A DNA stretch of 64,000 bases from Paraspadella gotoi (taxonomy: Eukaryota; Animalia; Chaetognatha): NCBI GenBank assembly GCA_051294375.1, contig CM119266.1, positions 19,727,657 through 19,791,656 on the forward strand. Direction: 5' to 3'. Of this stretch, positions 46,261-58,463 are shown in pieces. Position 1 is the first letter of the stretch; every line of letters begins with the position of its first letter. A program made the position numbers and the translations under genes. A model generated the notes under the pieces. The model was given only the letters and a program-made list of their open reading frames with translations. It was not told the origin of the DNA and made no database searches.

Positions 46261-48537
46261 TTAGGCCCCGGATTCCGTCGCCTCCATCGTCGTTTCCACA
46301 GTCGCCGTTTTGGACGACGCTGGTGGTTTGCAAGTTGGCCTCTTGGTAGGCGGAGGCACCTCTGCAATGGGCTCCGGAATATCGATGCACGTGTATTCAG
46401 CCTGAAGGTAATCGAACCAATCGTAACCCGACCCGCACCTGGATGGAGTATAATCTCGAGTGAAGCGGAATATCATTCGAAATCACAGCATGCACACCCG
46501 CACGCATTACTGGTTCCAGGTGTAGCCGTATTTCTTCGCCCATGGATTGGCTGCCTCGTCAAGCGGATTGGAGGAGGGCGAAGAGCGCCTCAACCCGATG
46601 GTGCACCAACGTTTCGTGGGCATAACCCAGTCCTCGCGCCCGTTTCCATCCCACGAATTGCAGAAATAAGTTGGGCCGAGACTCTGTCGTCAAGAGCGAG
46701 GAATTTAGTTATCGTGTGGCAACACATTCACTCTCTTTAATCTTTAAGGTTATGGATAAAGGTTATAATGATTAGAGTTAAAGTTAGTGATTAAAATTAA
46801 ATATTAAGGTTAAAATTAAATTTGGGGATTAAGGAATAGAAATGGGGCGCTTTTGTAAAAGAGAGTCCGTAGGTGTATGTGTAATCAAAAAGAGAAAGGA
46901 ACAATGCCAAAAAAATCTTCGATTCCCTAACCTTAAACTCATCCTCATTCTGTGGTACAGTGGGAACCATGAGTTGTTTATGCAGATACTCGTAGCGAAG
47001 AGTACAGTCGCCCTCTACGTACTAGACAAAAGGGAAAAGAACGGAATTGACAAGCTGAATCGGACATATCGAATAAAAACTAATAAAATGAAAACTGGCA
47101 AAAACTTCATTATACAGTGTAATATACACAATACAGTAAATATATACAAAATAGTGAATGTGATGTGAATAGTGAATACCTGGCAAATCTTGGCGTTGAC
47201 CTGACTCCATCCATAATAGACGTTGTGAAGATGAACGATTCGGTGAAATTTGGATCCCCTCGGTTGAGGACAGGCGATCACAAGACTCTTTGCCATTTTC
47301 CCAGAGGAACAGCGTGACATAATGTACGTGCCTGAATATAAATTTACGAGTGTCCATTAGATTTTTCCATTATCAAAAAATGGTCTCCAAAATTTTCACT
47401 CGGTTCGGTTTTCCGTTATTTATAATAAATATAATAAACATTTTAACCCAATTCTGGAAAAATATGTTACCGTATTAAGCGTCAAAGTCAAACTTTAATA
47501 ATTTTGAAATGTAACTTTTTTTGGGCTTTGGCGTTTTGCGCTTTGGTGTTACTAAGCTTTACCGTTAACAGTGTAGGCGACGAAAGGTTCGTCTCTTGGA
47601 TCCTTGACTGTTCCTCCATTGAGGGGCGGCTCGTCCCAAGAATCTGGTCGAATCTCAACGTCGTCAGTTGTCCATTCCGCCCAGCGTCGCCCTCGAGTAG
47701 ACGGAGCCTTGTCGTCATGAGAAGAAAACAAATGCGCCACTTCCTGGACGCGGAGGAATCTTTCTTTAAATACCATGCTCGGGTGTTGGAAATGAAAAAT
47801 ATCGCCGGAACTTTCTCCAAACTTATAATACACTTCATCATCATCATCATTCTGATTTGAATGAGCTTTCTTTCAGCAAAGCATGATAAAAAACAAAGGT
47901 ATGAGATGCAGCTGGAAAGTTTAACTTCTCTCTCTCTTTCACACACACATTCTGCGAAAAATTTTTTATTTGCGCTGATGAAGACTATCGCCAAAAGGTG
48001 ATTCACCATAGTCGAAACTTTTACCGTTGTTGAAACAAATTATTATTCGTCCTTCATCTTTAACTAAAAGTAGAAAGTTGGGAGTGGTCTCAATTTAAAG
48101 CTCTTCAGATTGTAGATGTTGATAGACATTTTTAGAAAGACTCAAAATTTTGCAAAATTAATAAACATCATTACTAAAATTAATGATAAATGCGTTTAAG
48201 AAAACACCATGTGGTAAAATATCAAGAGACCACAAGCCAAACCCTTCGTTTTCGTAGTTCCTACCTTTGGCCATTCCTCGTCTTCAGGAAGTTGGAAGGG
48301 CTCCTCAAAGACGACAGAGGTCGGCCTTTTACTCTCGATACCCAAATTAGAATTAGGCCGCTCCGGTTCGGATCGAACGTGGAGGATCGTCCCGTCCCGT
48401 CTCATCTTTTCGTCGTCGTAGTCCGATTTGTTTTTCAGGAACGTCGTCGTTTCGTTGGTAGCATTTTTTATTCCCATACATTTTTTACTTGGGAAAAATG
48501 CAAAGATAACAAAAAGGAAGTAAATGAAGAAAATCAT
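46261..48537 (-). CDS. Secreted proprotein with a divergent SUEL/rhamnose-binding-type (Gal_Lectin) domain, 5 exons, ~354 aa
   Basis: Exons 48537-48265, 47851-47563, 47331-47180, 46683-46511 and 46438-46261 join in frame (phases 0,1,0,2). Signal peptide MIFFIYFLFVIFAFFP; RGRR site; C..SLVIACP..IVHLHNVYYGW..C..C..C..C..DYLQAEYTC; Pro/Thr-rich tail. Confidence 0.7.
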
Positions 48538-51500
48538 TGTTGAATTCTGTCGTCGATGATAATCGGGAAAAGAAAGAGTGACAAGCGGAGAGACCACAGC
48601 AGATTAGGCTTTTAGGGGAATTAAGATCGATCTAAAAGATTTTTCTTGCCTCGGTCTTAATTCGTTTAAAACGATCATACGCGATATATAACGATAGAAA
48701 CCTTAACAACTCCCTAGCTCGTGTTATGAAATCAAAATGACTTAACAATCATTATATTGCATTGAAGTACAAGTAAATAATAAGTTTTGGTTAATTTTTA
48801 ATTTTTAGTTTTGGTTTAATTTTTATTTCTTGTCTTGTTTGAAGTGGAACATAAATGTAAACATACTAAACATAGTAATAAAAATAATACGCAAACTTTG
48901 ACGACACAAAAATTTAACATAAACATCTTGTGGCTTATCACTAGTATAACTAAAACAACCAAGTGTATATAGTAATGTAAGTACGCATTTGTAAAACTAG
49001 CACAACAATTATTTACTTCACCTCTCTGCCATGTATTAACTAAAATGAATAAGTATTACTTTAATTATACTGGAATTATTTTCTGGTCAGGTCATCGTAT
49101 TTTCAGGTGATCCCGTTGCTGCACACCTATGAAACATGGGCATTATGCTTTTCCTGGAACATCACCTAACTACCTAGTATTAATCAAAATAATGCATTAT
49201 CCTTAGATATGAACATATAAAACGTAACTTACGTAAGGCGCAAAGATCGACTGACAGATAAACCAACCTACCAATCAAAAAGTGCCACAACATAAAAACA
49301 GAAAAAAATTAATAAAATTTGCGTTTATCTTCCCTTTTTAGCGCTGCTAGAAATTAAATAAGTCACTTCTCGATTGGTCAGTCCGTCCGTCTGTCAATGG
49401 GTTTGTCCTACTTATCTACTTCAAATATTTATAATTAAAGTAATACCGCATCAATTAAATTAATATTTAAAAAAAGGTAAGGTGCCATGAGACTGAATGA
49501 CTGATTACCAGGTCTTTTCCGGTTCATCCGATTTTATCTGGTTCTGAGATAAATTTTGAGTCGAAGACGACGACGACGACGATGACAACGACGAAGAATG
49601 ATTTTGTGCCCTCGAAGTGACGTTTTAAAGACTCTCCAGGGACCATCTTTAATTATTCCATCGATTCCATAAAGAGGAACACGTCGTCCATGGCAGGCGC
49701 CAAAATATCCGGCTATTCCTCCCCTATTCGAGTCAGGCTATTTTTTGGATCCATTGTCTAGCTGATCTGTTTTAAGACATTTTAAATCTCATGCAAATTA
49801 TGTTTGGTACGCCGTAACTTTCATATGAAATAAGTATGTAACAAACAGGTCTATGAATAACATAAATACAAGTACTAGCACTAATTAATGTAGACCTTTT
49901 TAAAAGTGCTTTGTTTTTTATATTTTCTCGTTCGATATTCGATAATTGATGATTGACTTTAGAAATATTTTATAATTAATTTTAGGCTATTTCGAGTTTA
50001 GTCTAGACAAAACCTATCAAACTCTATCGGATAATTTCGGGCTAAACCAATTTTGAATTACAATACATCTTTATCTTCATCTTTATAAATATTTTTCTCT
50101 TATTTGCTAATTCAAACATAAAATATTAGAAACAAAAGTTATCTGCTATTTTTAGTATCATAACTATTATTTATTTACACTAAAAAGAAATGGTTGAATA
50201 CCCGAAATATCTAATGCCCGTAGGATTTGACTCTAACACGTTAATAGTTAATTACTTAGACCCAAAATATTAAGAAACAAGTTCGAGGAAACAACGTCAG
50301 ATCTACCCATAATATTAATAATTTAGCTTTTTAGAGGCGTTATTAGTTTGTAGTAAGCAGTTTGCTTAGCTTGATAAGATCGTCTGAAACAAAATCTTTT
50401 TTTTACCTAAAATCAGAACTTGAATAAAATAATCAAAGCAGATAAATATTCTATATGCATTAAAAAAGCAAAAGGAATCAAAACTATCCATATGGTAATA
50501 AATAATGATTAACTTAGTAATAAACATTAACAAAGTAAAAACTAATCCTTTATAAATGAGACACGGAATAATAGTAAAGATTTCGTTAAAGAAAATTTTT
50601 TTTCTTCTGAAATTGAAGAACAAACAATTTAACGCTTAAAACGTTAAAAAAGAATAGAAGAAAACTAAGTAAATCCCACTAAAGAGACGGTTAAATAAAT
50701 AAAAATAGTCGTTGGTTAATTTTAAGCTATAACAAGGTATAAGACATAAGGTATAAGATCCAAAACTTGATGATTGAAGAAGATTAGGGATGACAATGTT
50801 AAATGCGGATAACAATTGATTTTGACGTCAATATAAAAAGAGAAATCTATAGTTTTACTTTTAGTTCTTTGAGTTTGGCGTCATGGCGTCAAAAATCCCT
50901 ATTTTCGGTTAACTCCAGGGTTTTTGACTCCGCCTGGCCGCTATTGCGTGACGAAAACCGTAGATTTGATTGATTAAATTAATTAAATAGAACAGATTGA
51001 TTAGACCGATTTGATTGATGAATGTTATATTGGTTGTTGTTTTCGTTGTCTCTGGTATCTTTGACTACGCTAACAATTTTTGGGGCCCGCTATCGCAGGG
51101 CGTAGAACGCAGTTTAGAAATATTATCGACTCCGCTCGAACTATCGAGAGACCCACGATCGTGACAATGTAGAGCGACCATCCACTCCACTAAGCTATCT
51201 CAAGGGCACGCTGGTACGCAGAGCTGAAGGGAGATTGTTCGGTGGGCCCGCCTCTGCGTCAGCGGCGGAGCATGTCCGTTGTCCAACTCGCCTGAGAAAA
51301 AACAAATTTTGAATTTCTTTCACGAAGATTCACTTTTCTAGATTAGAACGAGGATTTGGTTGGTAGCATGGCTCGAATTTGAATTCCTTTACCAAAGCAA
51401 ATGAGTAATGACTGAAAGAATTATTTTTATTATTTCTTTTGGTTTTAAACCCTTAAAATTTTTTTCTCGATCGCATTTGGGACGAATATCGTCATCAAAG

Positions 51501-53522
51501 TGGTAACCGACAAAGTGGAGAGACGAGATGCTGAAGACGCATTTGGCGTGGTTGCTGTGACCGCTTATTGAGTGGCAAATGGTTATACGTGGGGAAATCG
51601 TTTAAGTGAGAACGTGATGGATGATGATGATTCTCTTTCTCTCTCTTACTATTTTTTTTTATCACGCCAGCCTTTCAGGCTAAGGCGAAGTAGGTCATAG
51701 GTTTTTTTTGGGGAACCTCCCTCTAAAATTAGGAAAGCCTTTAAAAGTTAATCATTATCATCATACAATAATTTTCATAGTTTTTGAAAATTTTTAGGGA
51801 TAAAATAACAAAATTTTAAAAAGTTAACTTTTCAAAATTTTTCAGAATCCACAAAAAATTAAGGATTTAAAATTTTAACTGTCTTATGAAATTGGTACAA
51901 CCAATATAAATATAATAATAAAATTTACAATATAATTAAACAAACAAATATCTCTTACTAAAGCGGCCTGAATAGCTGGCGAGATAAAAAGAAGTCAAAG
52001 GAGAGAGAAAGAGAATCTCGTGGTCACTTATCTTTAACGTCTTCCTTACGTTCATGTACAACCACATTATAAAAAGGAAAATAATGTAAGCCTTCTCAAT
52101 GGGGAGAAACGACGTTGTTTGCTTCATCTTAATGAAACAAATTTTAAAAAAGAATAATACTTTTTTGCATAAACTTTTTATAACATATTTAAATAATTCA
52201 AAATGTAAAAAAAATCAAACTTTATTATAACCTCTGACCTTTCTCAAACATTTTTTGTCTTTAAACTTAATATCTTTCTCTCTATCTATCTATCTTTCCC
52301 TATCTCTCTCAAATTTTTCACATCAATTCTTTTTAAATTTTGCGCTAAAGAAGGGTATCAATACTATAGCCAAAACATGACCATTTTTATTATTAAACTT
52401 GTAATAAATTAAAACTCGTCTTTCTCTAAAAAAATATATTGTATGGTTAGTACTATATGGCCAAATGTTTGAACTAATAAATTAATAAAATATTTATTTA
52501 TAAAACATGTTTATAACAACCATGAATTATGATTATTAAAATTTCGGTTTTTACTATAAAACTTTCACTTCTACCAAATTTTTATGTTTATATAAAATAT
52601 AATTAAGCACAGATATGTATATAGCAAAAATATCTATATAATATACTATGTATAATTAAACCCTTTAAGAGCCAAATTTCACAAAAATTTTAAGTAAAAA
52701 CCGAGAAAAACGGAATTGGCGGCAAAAACGGTTAATATGATAACTTAATAAAAAGCAAAAAGGCACACGTTTCCCTCTCTTCCCTCCGGCCGATAATTCG
52801 ATTAGATATTTCGTTGAGAAAATATTATTTCCTTCCGCTCCAACCAAATAAAGCCTCGGGCAGTATTAAAAAAAAGAACCAACAAGTTCAAGGTGTTGCG
52901 CCGCAGTAACTTTTTTAATGAATGGATTATCATTATGAATGAATTACCATGTGAATATACAAATATAAAATATTAGCACAATGTGGTTGATCACTTTATT
53001 AATCTAAAATTACCAAGTATAACCAGAACTAAGCCGCATTAACTTTCTGATTATCTAACCATATTTTTATATTGTTACCTAGTTACATAAGTTTAAAACA
53101 TAGGCACAAGAAGCATTTACTAATACCTTACCAGTCTTCCAATTATTAATTAAATTGACTAAACTATGCTAATTAATTTTTTAGTCATATGATCGTTTTT
53201 AAAGTATTCCCATAAATTCACAAGTATGATACATGTGCACATTAATCGTTGCGTCCACATTACCTTCTTATTAAATATGAACTTTATACAGTATTGCCCG
53301 AGTTATGAGCATTTAAAATTTAAATAGGATAAACCGATGGCCAGACAGACATCGGCTGACCAAAAAGTGAATTATAGAGTTACTCTACTAGTACTGGTGA
53401 GGCAACTTTAAAAAAAACTTTAATAACAGACAAAATGAAGTGATTCAGATGAAAAGCCGAAGATATGTTTTTGGTCATGGATAAGTTTGACTTTGGCTTG
53501 AGTGATAAAATTTGAAGTGCCA

Positions 53523-56500
53523 TTAGGTTTTTCGCCTTGTTTGGGCCTTCCACTTTGTTCGTTTTGTTTGAGGTTTGAGGGCAACAAGACCCGCTTCCTT
53601 AGGCGGCAGTCTGGGATCTATAAGGCTGATTGCGCTGACCCCTGGAAGGTCCATAGGATTTATTGGGGAAATTGGGGATAGCATGAGAGGGGAGTCAACT
53701 GGGGTTAAAGGAGATGGTCGAATGTCTTTAACAGGAGTGGAGTTAGCAGGGGCGTTGGGAGGCAGCGGCGCTGCTGATTCTTCTGAAATGGTGCTAAGAT
53801 TGGGCAGGCTTACGTAGTTGGGAACAGCAATGCTGCACGGTCGACTCCCATCGATGTTGTCTGACTCAACCTGCGCCAAGGGTGCCATTTGTCGCGCCAG
53901 TGTTTGAATAACGTCTTTTTCCTTAGGCGGCAAGGGTGGGGATCCATCGTTGTTGTTAGACGAGCTCCACATTGGGTCAAGCTTTGGGCGCATTCCGCTG
54001 CCACTCGTCTTCGCATCCTCGATGACCTCCTCGGGGATATCCGACAAATGCTTAGTTAACGGCCGGGAGTCCCTGTCCTTGATTTGCACGGATCCATTTA
54101 ACGTTACCAGAGTGTCAAAAGCTTTCTGTCGATTGTCAGAGACGTTGCATCCGTTTCCCTTTCTTGGATCGGCGTTCTCCACCGCCGATTTGACTTTTTT
54201 GACATCGATTTTGGCAAGGTAGTCCTCGTCGTCATAATCATGGCTATCTGCCATGCAATGTCGACCGCAGATGGAATACATGACGCCCCACCTCTTGCAG
54301 GCACAACAGCATATGTCGACAAGAAGAATCATGGCGAGGGCTCCCGCCGCCACAATGCCAATCAGGGTAGATCCGCCCAACATGAGGCGATTAGGGCGGC
54401 GCCGATAAACGAAAGGTGTTTCTTTATCGTTCAGAACATAATCCTGACGCTGACGCTGAAAGGAAACTCTTGCAGCGGCCGTTGTTACGGTTGTACTCGA
54501 ATACTTCCCGTCTCCCACTCGATTTTGCGCGCAAACTTGAACCTCGTAACGAGTCTTGGGGCGTAGTCCTTCCACAATATAAGAGGTCCCGGAGTCAAGG
54601 TCCACACGAGCGTAGTACCAATCACCGTGGTCGCCACTGCTGCCAATGACCTCGTCGCTGTAACTGTCCGAATCGAGTACACGAAAGCGGACTTTGTAGC
54701 CCTGAAGTGGTGAACCGCCATCTCTTGGTTCCCTCCAGCGAATATGATGCTTGTCCGAGTAGGGGGAAAATGGCGGCGACAGAATCTCCGGTTTTTCGGG
54801 CACGTCGATGGCTACAGTGTTGACTTGCAGGGCGGGGGCAAATTTTCCATGCCCTCGATGATTGATCGCTGCCACCCGAAAAGCATATGTGACGTTGGGC
54901 TCTAATTCTTCGACGACGCTGGTAGTGGAATTGGCACCAAACTCGGCCGACACTGCCTCTTCCCAAACTCCAAAGGAGGATTGATATTCAATTCGAAATC
55001 CGGTAACTGATAAACCCCCATCGTCGACTGGAGGTCTAAGTGCCAGCGTCGCAGAGTAAGCTGTCATTTCTAGCACTTCAAAGCTGGGTTCAGCAGGTGG
55101 TTTAGCCTCCAAGACTCGCGTGTCGATGATTGCAAATCCGTGGCGGTTTGAAGCATTACAGGAGTACAATCCAAAGTCCTCAACGTAGTCAGGCTGAAGG
55201 ATCAGCAGCTTTGCATCTTCTCGCAAAGTGACCCGAGGGTGATTGTCAGTTAGAAGAGACCAGTCCTTATACCACTTGATCCTTGGGTTGGGTTTTCCAA
55301 TCGCATTGCAGGCGATGTGAACTGGGTGCCCAATCCAAGTAAAGACTTTTCGCTCTCCCTTTGCTGCCGTTGGAAAGGATGGTGAAAAATTTACTATCAA
55401 ATTGGTCGTTCGCTCTGCCGTCCCATGCTTGTTTTCCACAATACATTTAAACTCTCCCTCATCGCTTCGGCGGACTTTGTCAACAATAAGAAAGTTTAAG
55501 AAAAGCTCATTGTCTTCCTCTTCATGCGTTTTTATTCTCTCATCGTCAAAGAATTGAACATCTACTCCATCTGGTTTCATTCTTTCCCATCGGATAGTCG
55601 GCTTTGGGGTACCTCGGCCACCGCAGCGCAGCACCACCTTCTCGCCTTCCACTGCGCTAAATGAGGCTGGGAATGAGGCCTTATCGATGGATGGCTTTGA
55701 AAGAATGGTTAAATAGACCTCTCGAGTGTCTGTGTCAACGGCGTTCGTCGCCTCACAGTTGTATATTCCTGAGTCAGACGCTTTGACTTTTCGAATGAGG
55801 AGCGTGCCATCATCATGGACATCGTAATTGCCGTCCGTCTTTAAAAGCTTCGCGTCAAGGTCCTTATACCACGAGATCTTGGGTGGCGGGAATCCAGTGG
55901 CGTTGCAATGAAGGACAGCAGTGGTGCCGAGAAACGCTTGGCTGATTGGTTCGGTTCCATGTATCTGGGGCTGAACAAGGATCTCCACGTGAATGTTGGT
56001 CATTTTCAGTTCGCCAGTACTCATAACCATCGCCTTGCACTTGTAGAAGCCAGCGTCCGATTCTTCCACATTCTTGACCAGTAATCCGTCCTCCTCTATC
56101 TTATATTTACCATTCTGCACCATTACCATGCCGCGCCGCTCAAACTTCATTTCCGGCTGCGGACTGCCCAGCGCCTGGCATAGGATCTTGCCATCCTGAC
56201 CCTTAACAAGGCGCTGAAACCGGGGCGCGTCCTTAAACCCCACCGGACGGTAGATACGAAGGGCGACTCCAACTTCAAGAACGGCGCCATCAGAGGAGAG
56301 AGCACGGCAGTAGTAAACAGACTCATCCCCGGGTTCAATGCGGGTAATGTAGAGTGGAAGAGACAATGGCGACGACGGTTCCACGTAAACGCGCGTGCTG
56401 CCTCGAGCTTCGTCCAAGATAAGCTGAGAATCCTTGTACCACTCTAGCGATCCTTCAAGGACCTCCTCACCCTCCTCCGCCAAACATTCCAAGTATAGAT

Positions 56501-56618
56501 TTGTAGATAATTTCCTAAATTTTGTTTTTCCCGAGGGTTCTATTCGCAGGGGGAGGCCGGCAGAGATCAGGATGAGCAGCATGAAAATAAACGCGAACGA
56601 CCTCTCTTCGTATTTCAT
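53523..56618 (-). CDS. NCAM/Fasciclin-2/apCAM-like adhesion molecule (signal peptide, 5 Ig, 2 FN3, TM, cytoplasmic tail), intronless, 1031 aa
   Basis: Five Cys pairs with W and DxGxYxC motifs; two FN3 repeats (PPVDDGG...Y.FRVAAIN..G.G and PRDGGSP...YEVQVCAQNRVGDG); TM ending LLVDICCCACKRWGVMYSIC, similar to the NCAM juxtamembrane segment. Confidence 0.92.
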   Translation of the reverse strand: MKYEERSFAFIFMLLILISAGLPLRIEPSGKTKFRKLSTNLYLECLAEEGEEVLEGSLEWYKDSQLILDEARGSTRVYVEPSSPLSLPLYITRIEPGDESVYYCRALSSDGAVLEVGVALRIYRPVGFKDAPRFQRLVKGQDGKILCQALGSPQPEMKFERRGMVMVQNGKYKIEEDGLLVKNVEESDAGFYKCKAMVMSTGELKMTNIHVEILVQPQIHGTEPISQAFLGTTAVLHCNATGFPPPKISWYKDLDAKLLKTDGNYDVHDDGTLLIRKVKASDSGIYNCEATNAVDTDTREVYLTILSKPSIDKASFPASFSAVEGEKVVLRCGGRGTPKPTIRWERMKPDGVDVQFFDDERIKTHEEEDNELFLNFLIVDKVRRSDEGEFKCIVENKHGTAERTTNLIVNFSPSFPTAAKGERKVFTWIGHPVHIACNAIGKPNPRIKWYKDWSLLTDNHPRVTLREDAKLLILQPDYVEDFGLYSCNASNRHGFAIIDTRVLEAKPPAEPSFEVLEMTAYSATLALRPPVDDGGLSVTGFRIEYQSSFGVWEEAVSAEFGANSTTSVVEELEPNVTYAFRVAAINHRGHGKFAPALQVNTVAIDVPEKPEILSPPFSPYSDKHHIRWREPRDGGSPLQGYKVRFRVLDSDSYSDEVIGSSGDHGDWYYARVDLDSGTSYIVEGLRPKTRYEVQVCAQNRVGDGKYSSTTVTTAAARVSFQRQRQDYVLNDKETPFVYRRRPNRLMLGGSTLIGIVAAGALAMILLVDICCCACKRWGVMYSICGRHCMADSHDYDDEDYLAKIDVKKVKSAVENADPRKGNGCNVSDNRQKAFDTLVTLNGSVQIKDRDSRPLTKHLSDIPEEVIEDAKTSGSGMRPKLDPMWSSSNNNDGSPPLPPKEKDVIQTLARQMAPLAQVESDNIDGSRPCSIAVPNYVSLPNLSTISEESAAPLPPNAPANSTPVKDIRPSPLTPVDSPLMLSPISPINPMDLPGVSAISLIDPRLPPKEAGLVALKPQTKRTKWKAQTRRKT

Positions 56619-57087
56619 GATCTTTCTTCAGTCATTGATGTTTCTCTTTCCTTTGTAAATTTATACTTTTTTGGATTGTGGGTCAAGTCGGGACATGGAT
56701 CCGACATGAGAAGCGAGATTAGGATCGAGGAGTGGAAACGGTGACAGAAGAATTTAAGAAAACATTTAGTATTGTGTTAGTAGGACGAACGGGAAAAGCT
56801 TATGAGATGATTGGAGACGGTCTGCGAAAGTGGAAGGCCGAATTTCGATGTATATTGTTAAGGTGCTTTTGTCCAAATCATAAAGAGAATCCGGTTAAAA
56901 TCAGCAGAAGCGCCAAGTCTGAAAGAAATTAAAGTAGGGTTTAATCTAAGTTAAAAAGAGAAAACTAGAATGAAAAGAACTAAAAAAAATATAAGTATAG
57001 TGATCTTGCTAACCAAAATTATGTACTACGTATATACCTAGGTTGATTCATGAAAAAAAAATAGTTTAAATCCAAGAACATTAATCT

Positions 57088-57153
57088 AAGATTGTCAATT
57101 CAAGTTGAAGATCGTCAATGCAAGATCGTCAATTCAAGATCGTCAATTTCAAG
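57088..57153. repeat. Short tandem repeat, unit ~14 bp (aagatcgtcaattc)
   Basis: About four imperfect copies. Confidence 0.7.
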
Positions 57154-57671
57154 GTTATCATTTTAAGATCTCATTAATTATTGACAAGATAGAAAAATTA
57201 GTAATTATAACAATTATTTATTGATGCAGTAATAATATTCAATTAACATTAATACTAATATATTATATATTATTAGTAATAGACAAAACAAACAAAACAA
57301 TTTCTTACTTAATAACAATTTATTGATGCGATTGACCATAAATAAAAGAAGAGGAAAATATGAAATTGGTTTGAATTATCATTATTCTGTTATTTATCAT
57401 AATTATCTGCCAATCTTGTAAATCACGAAATTTATCATTAGAACAGTAGAAATAATTTCATGGATCACGATATCTAAAAGAAAATTTAAAAAAGAAAAAA
57501 TTGAAAGGTGAGAACGTAGAGTCGAGGAGTCGGGACCGAAATTAAAACGCTAAATTCTGACTCGATGTAGATGGAATTTTTCCTAATTCTTTCAGTTAGA
57601 TTTTGAGTGAATACTATTTTTAAATCTCATTTAAAGTTAAACTTGAAACTCCTCTAAATACCTCTAAGTTT

Positions 57672-57708
<37 letters not shown>

Positions 57709-58154
57709 GAGAGATGGGGAGAGTGTGTGATTGATCGTAAAAATACCAAGTGAAAAGAGAATCTTTGCGACGAGTGTTGGCTGGGTTCCAGCTCGAGGAC
57801 GGCAGCCAGATTCATCGACTGAGTAACGATTGAGTAATAGAGTGGAGCGATGAAAAGATGGAGCGATCTAACAATACTTTGATTATTTTTTTTAACGAAT
57901 AAGATTACAATTTTTTTCAAAAATCATTTTTAAAAATTATTATATTTTAAGTATATTATGTCTTATGATTCGGTACCTCTTACAACTTAAGAAAAATATT
58001 TTTTTATCCTTGATAATTATCATTATTAGATTTCTTAAATAAAATTTTCTGTTGTCCTGAGCGCCATCCTACTGAGTAACTCAATCAATGCATCGAAAAA
58101 ACGGAAAAGGTTTTAATCTACTCTGCAAACAGACCCGACCAATCTCTCTCTCTC

Positions 58155-58164
58155 NNNNNNNNNN
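58155..58164. other. Assembly gap inside a (CT)n microsatellite
   Basis: 10 N flanked by tctc. Confidence 1.
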
Positions 58165-58333
58165 TCTCTCTCTCCTCCCTCGTCAATTTGTAGTCAAATC
58201 TGTTCACACATAGATCTTCTAAGAATATTAAAATACAATGTTGGAAATGCAAAATTTCGTCAGGACTTTCCAACAATTTTTAATGCCTTATTGTAGAAAT
58301 TGAAAAAATAGCATATTTGAAAAGCTTAGCTTA

Positions 58334-58463
58334 GAGCTATTTCTCAGCAAAATATTGTTCAAAACATGGGCGAAAAAATCTAGTTGAAAAAATTTTTAAG
58401 TACTTCATTTCAGTTGTACCTCACGCCTATGTTTTAATCATACTTTGCTGAGAAAGACAGCTC
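58334..58463. repeat. Imperfect ~40-bp inverted repeat (MITE relic)
   Basis: gagctatttctcagcaaaata..aaaacatgggcg versus cgcctatgtttt..tactttgctgagaaagacagctc. Confidence 0.5.
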
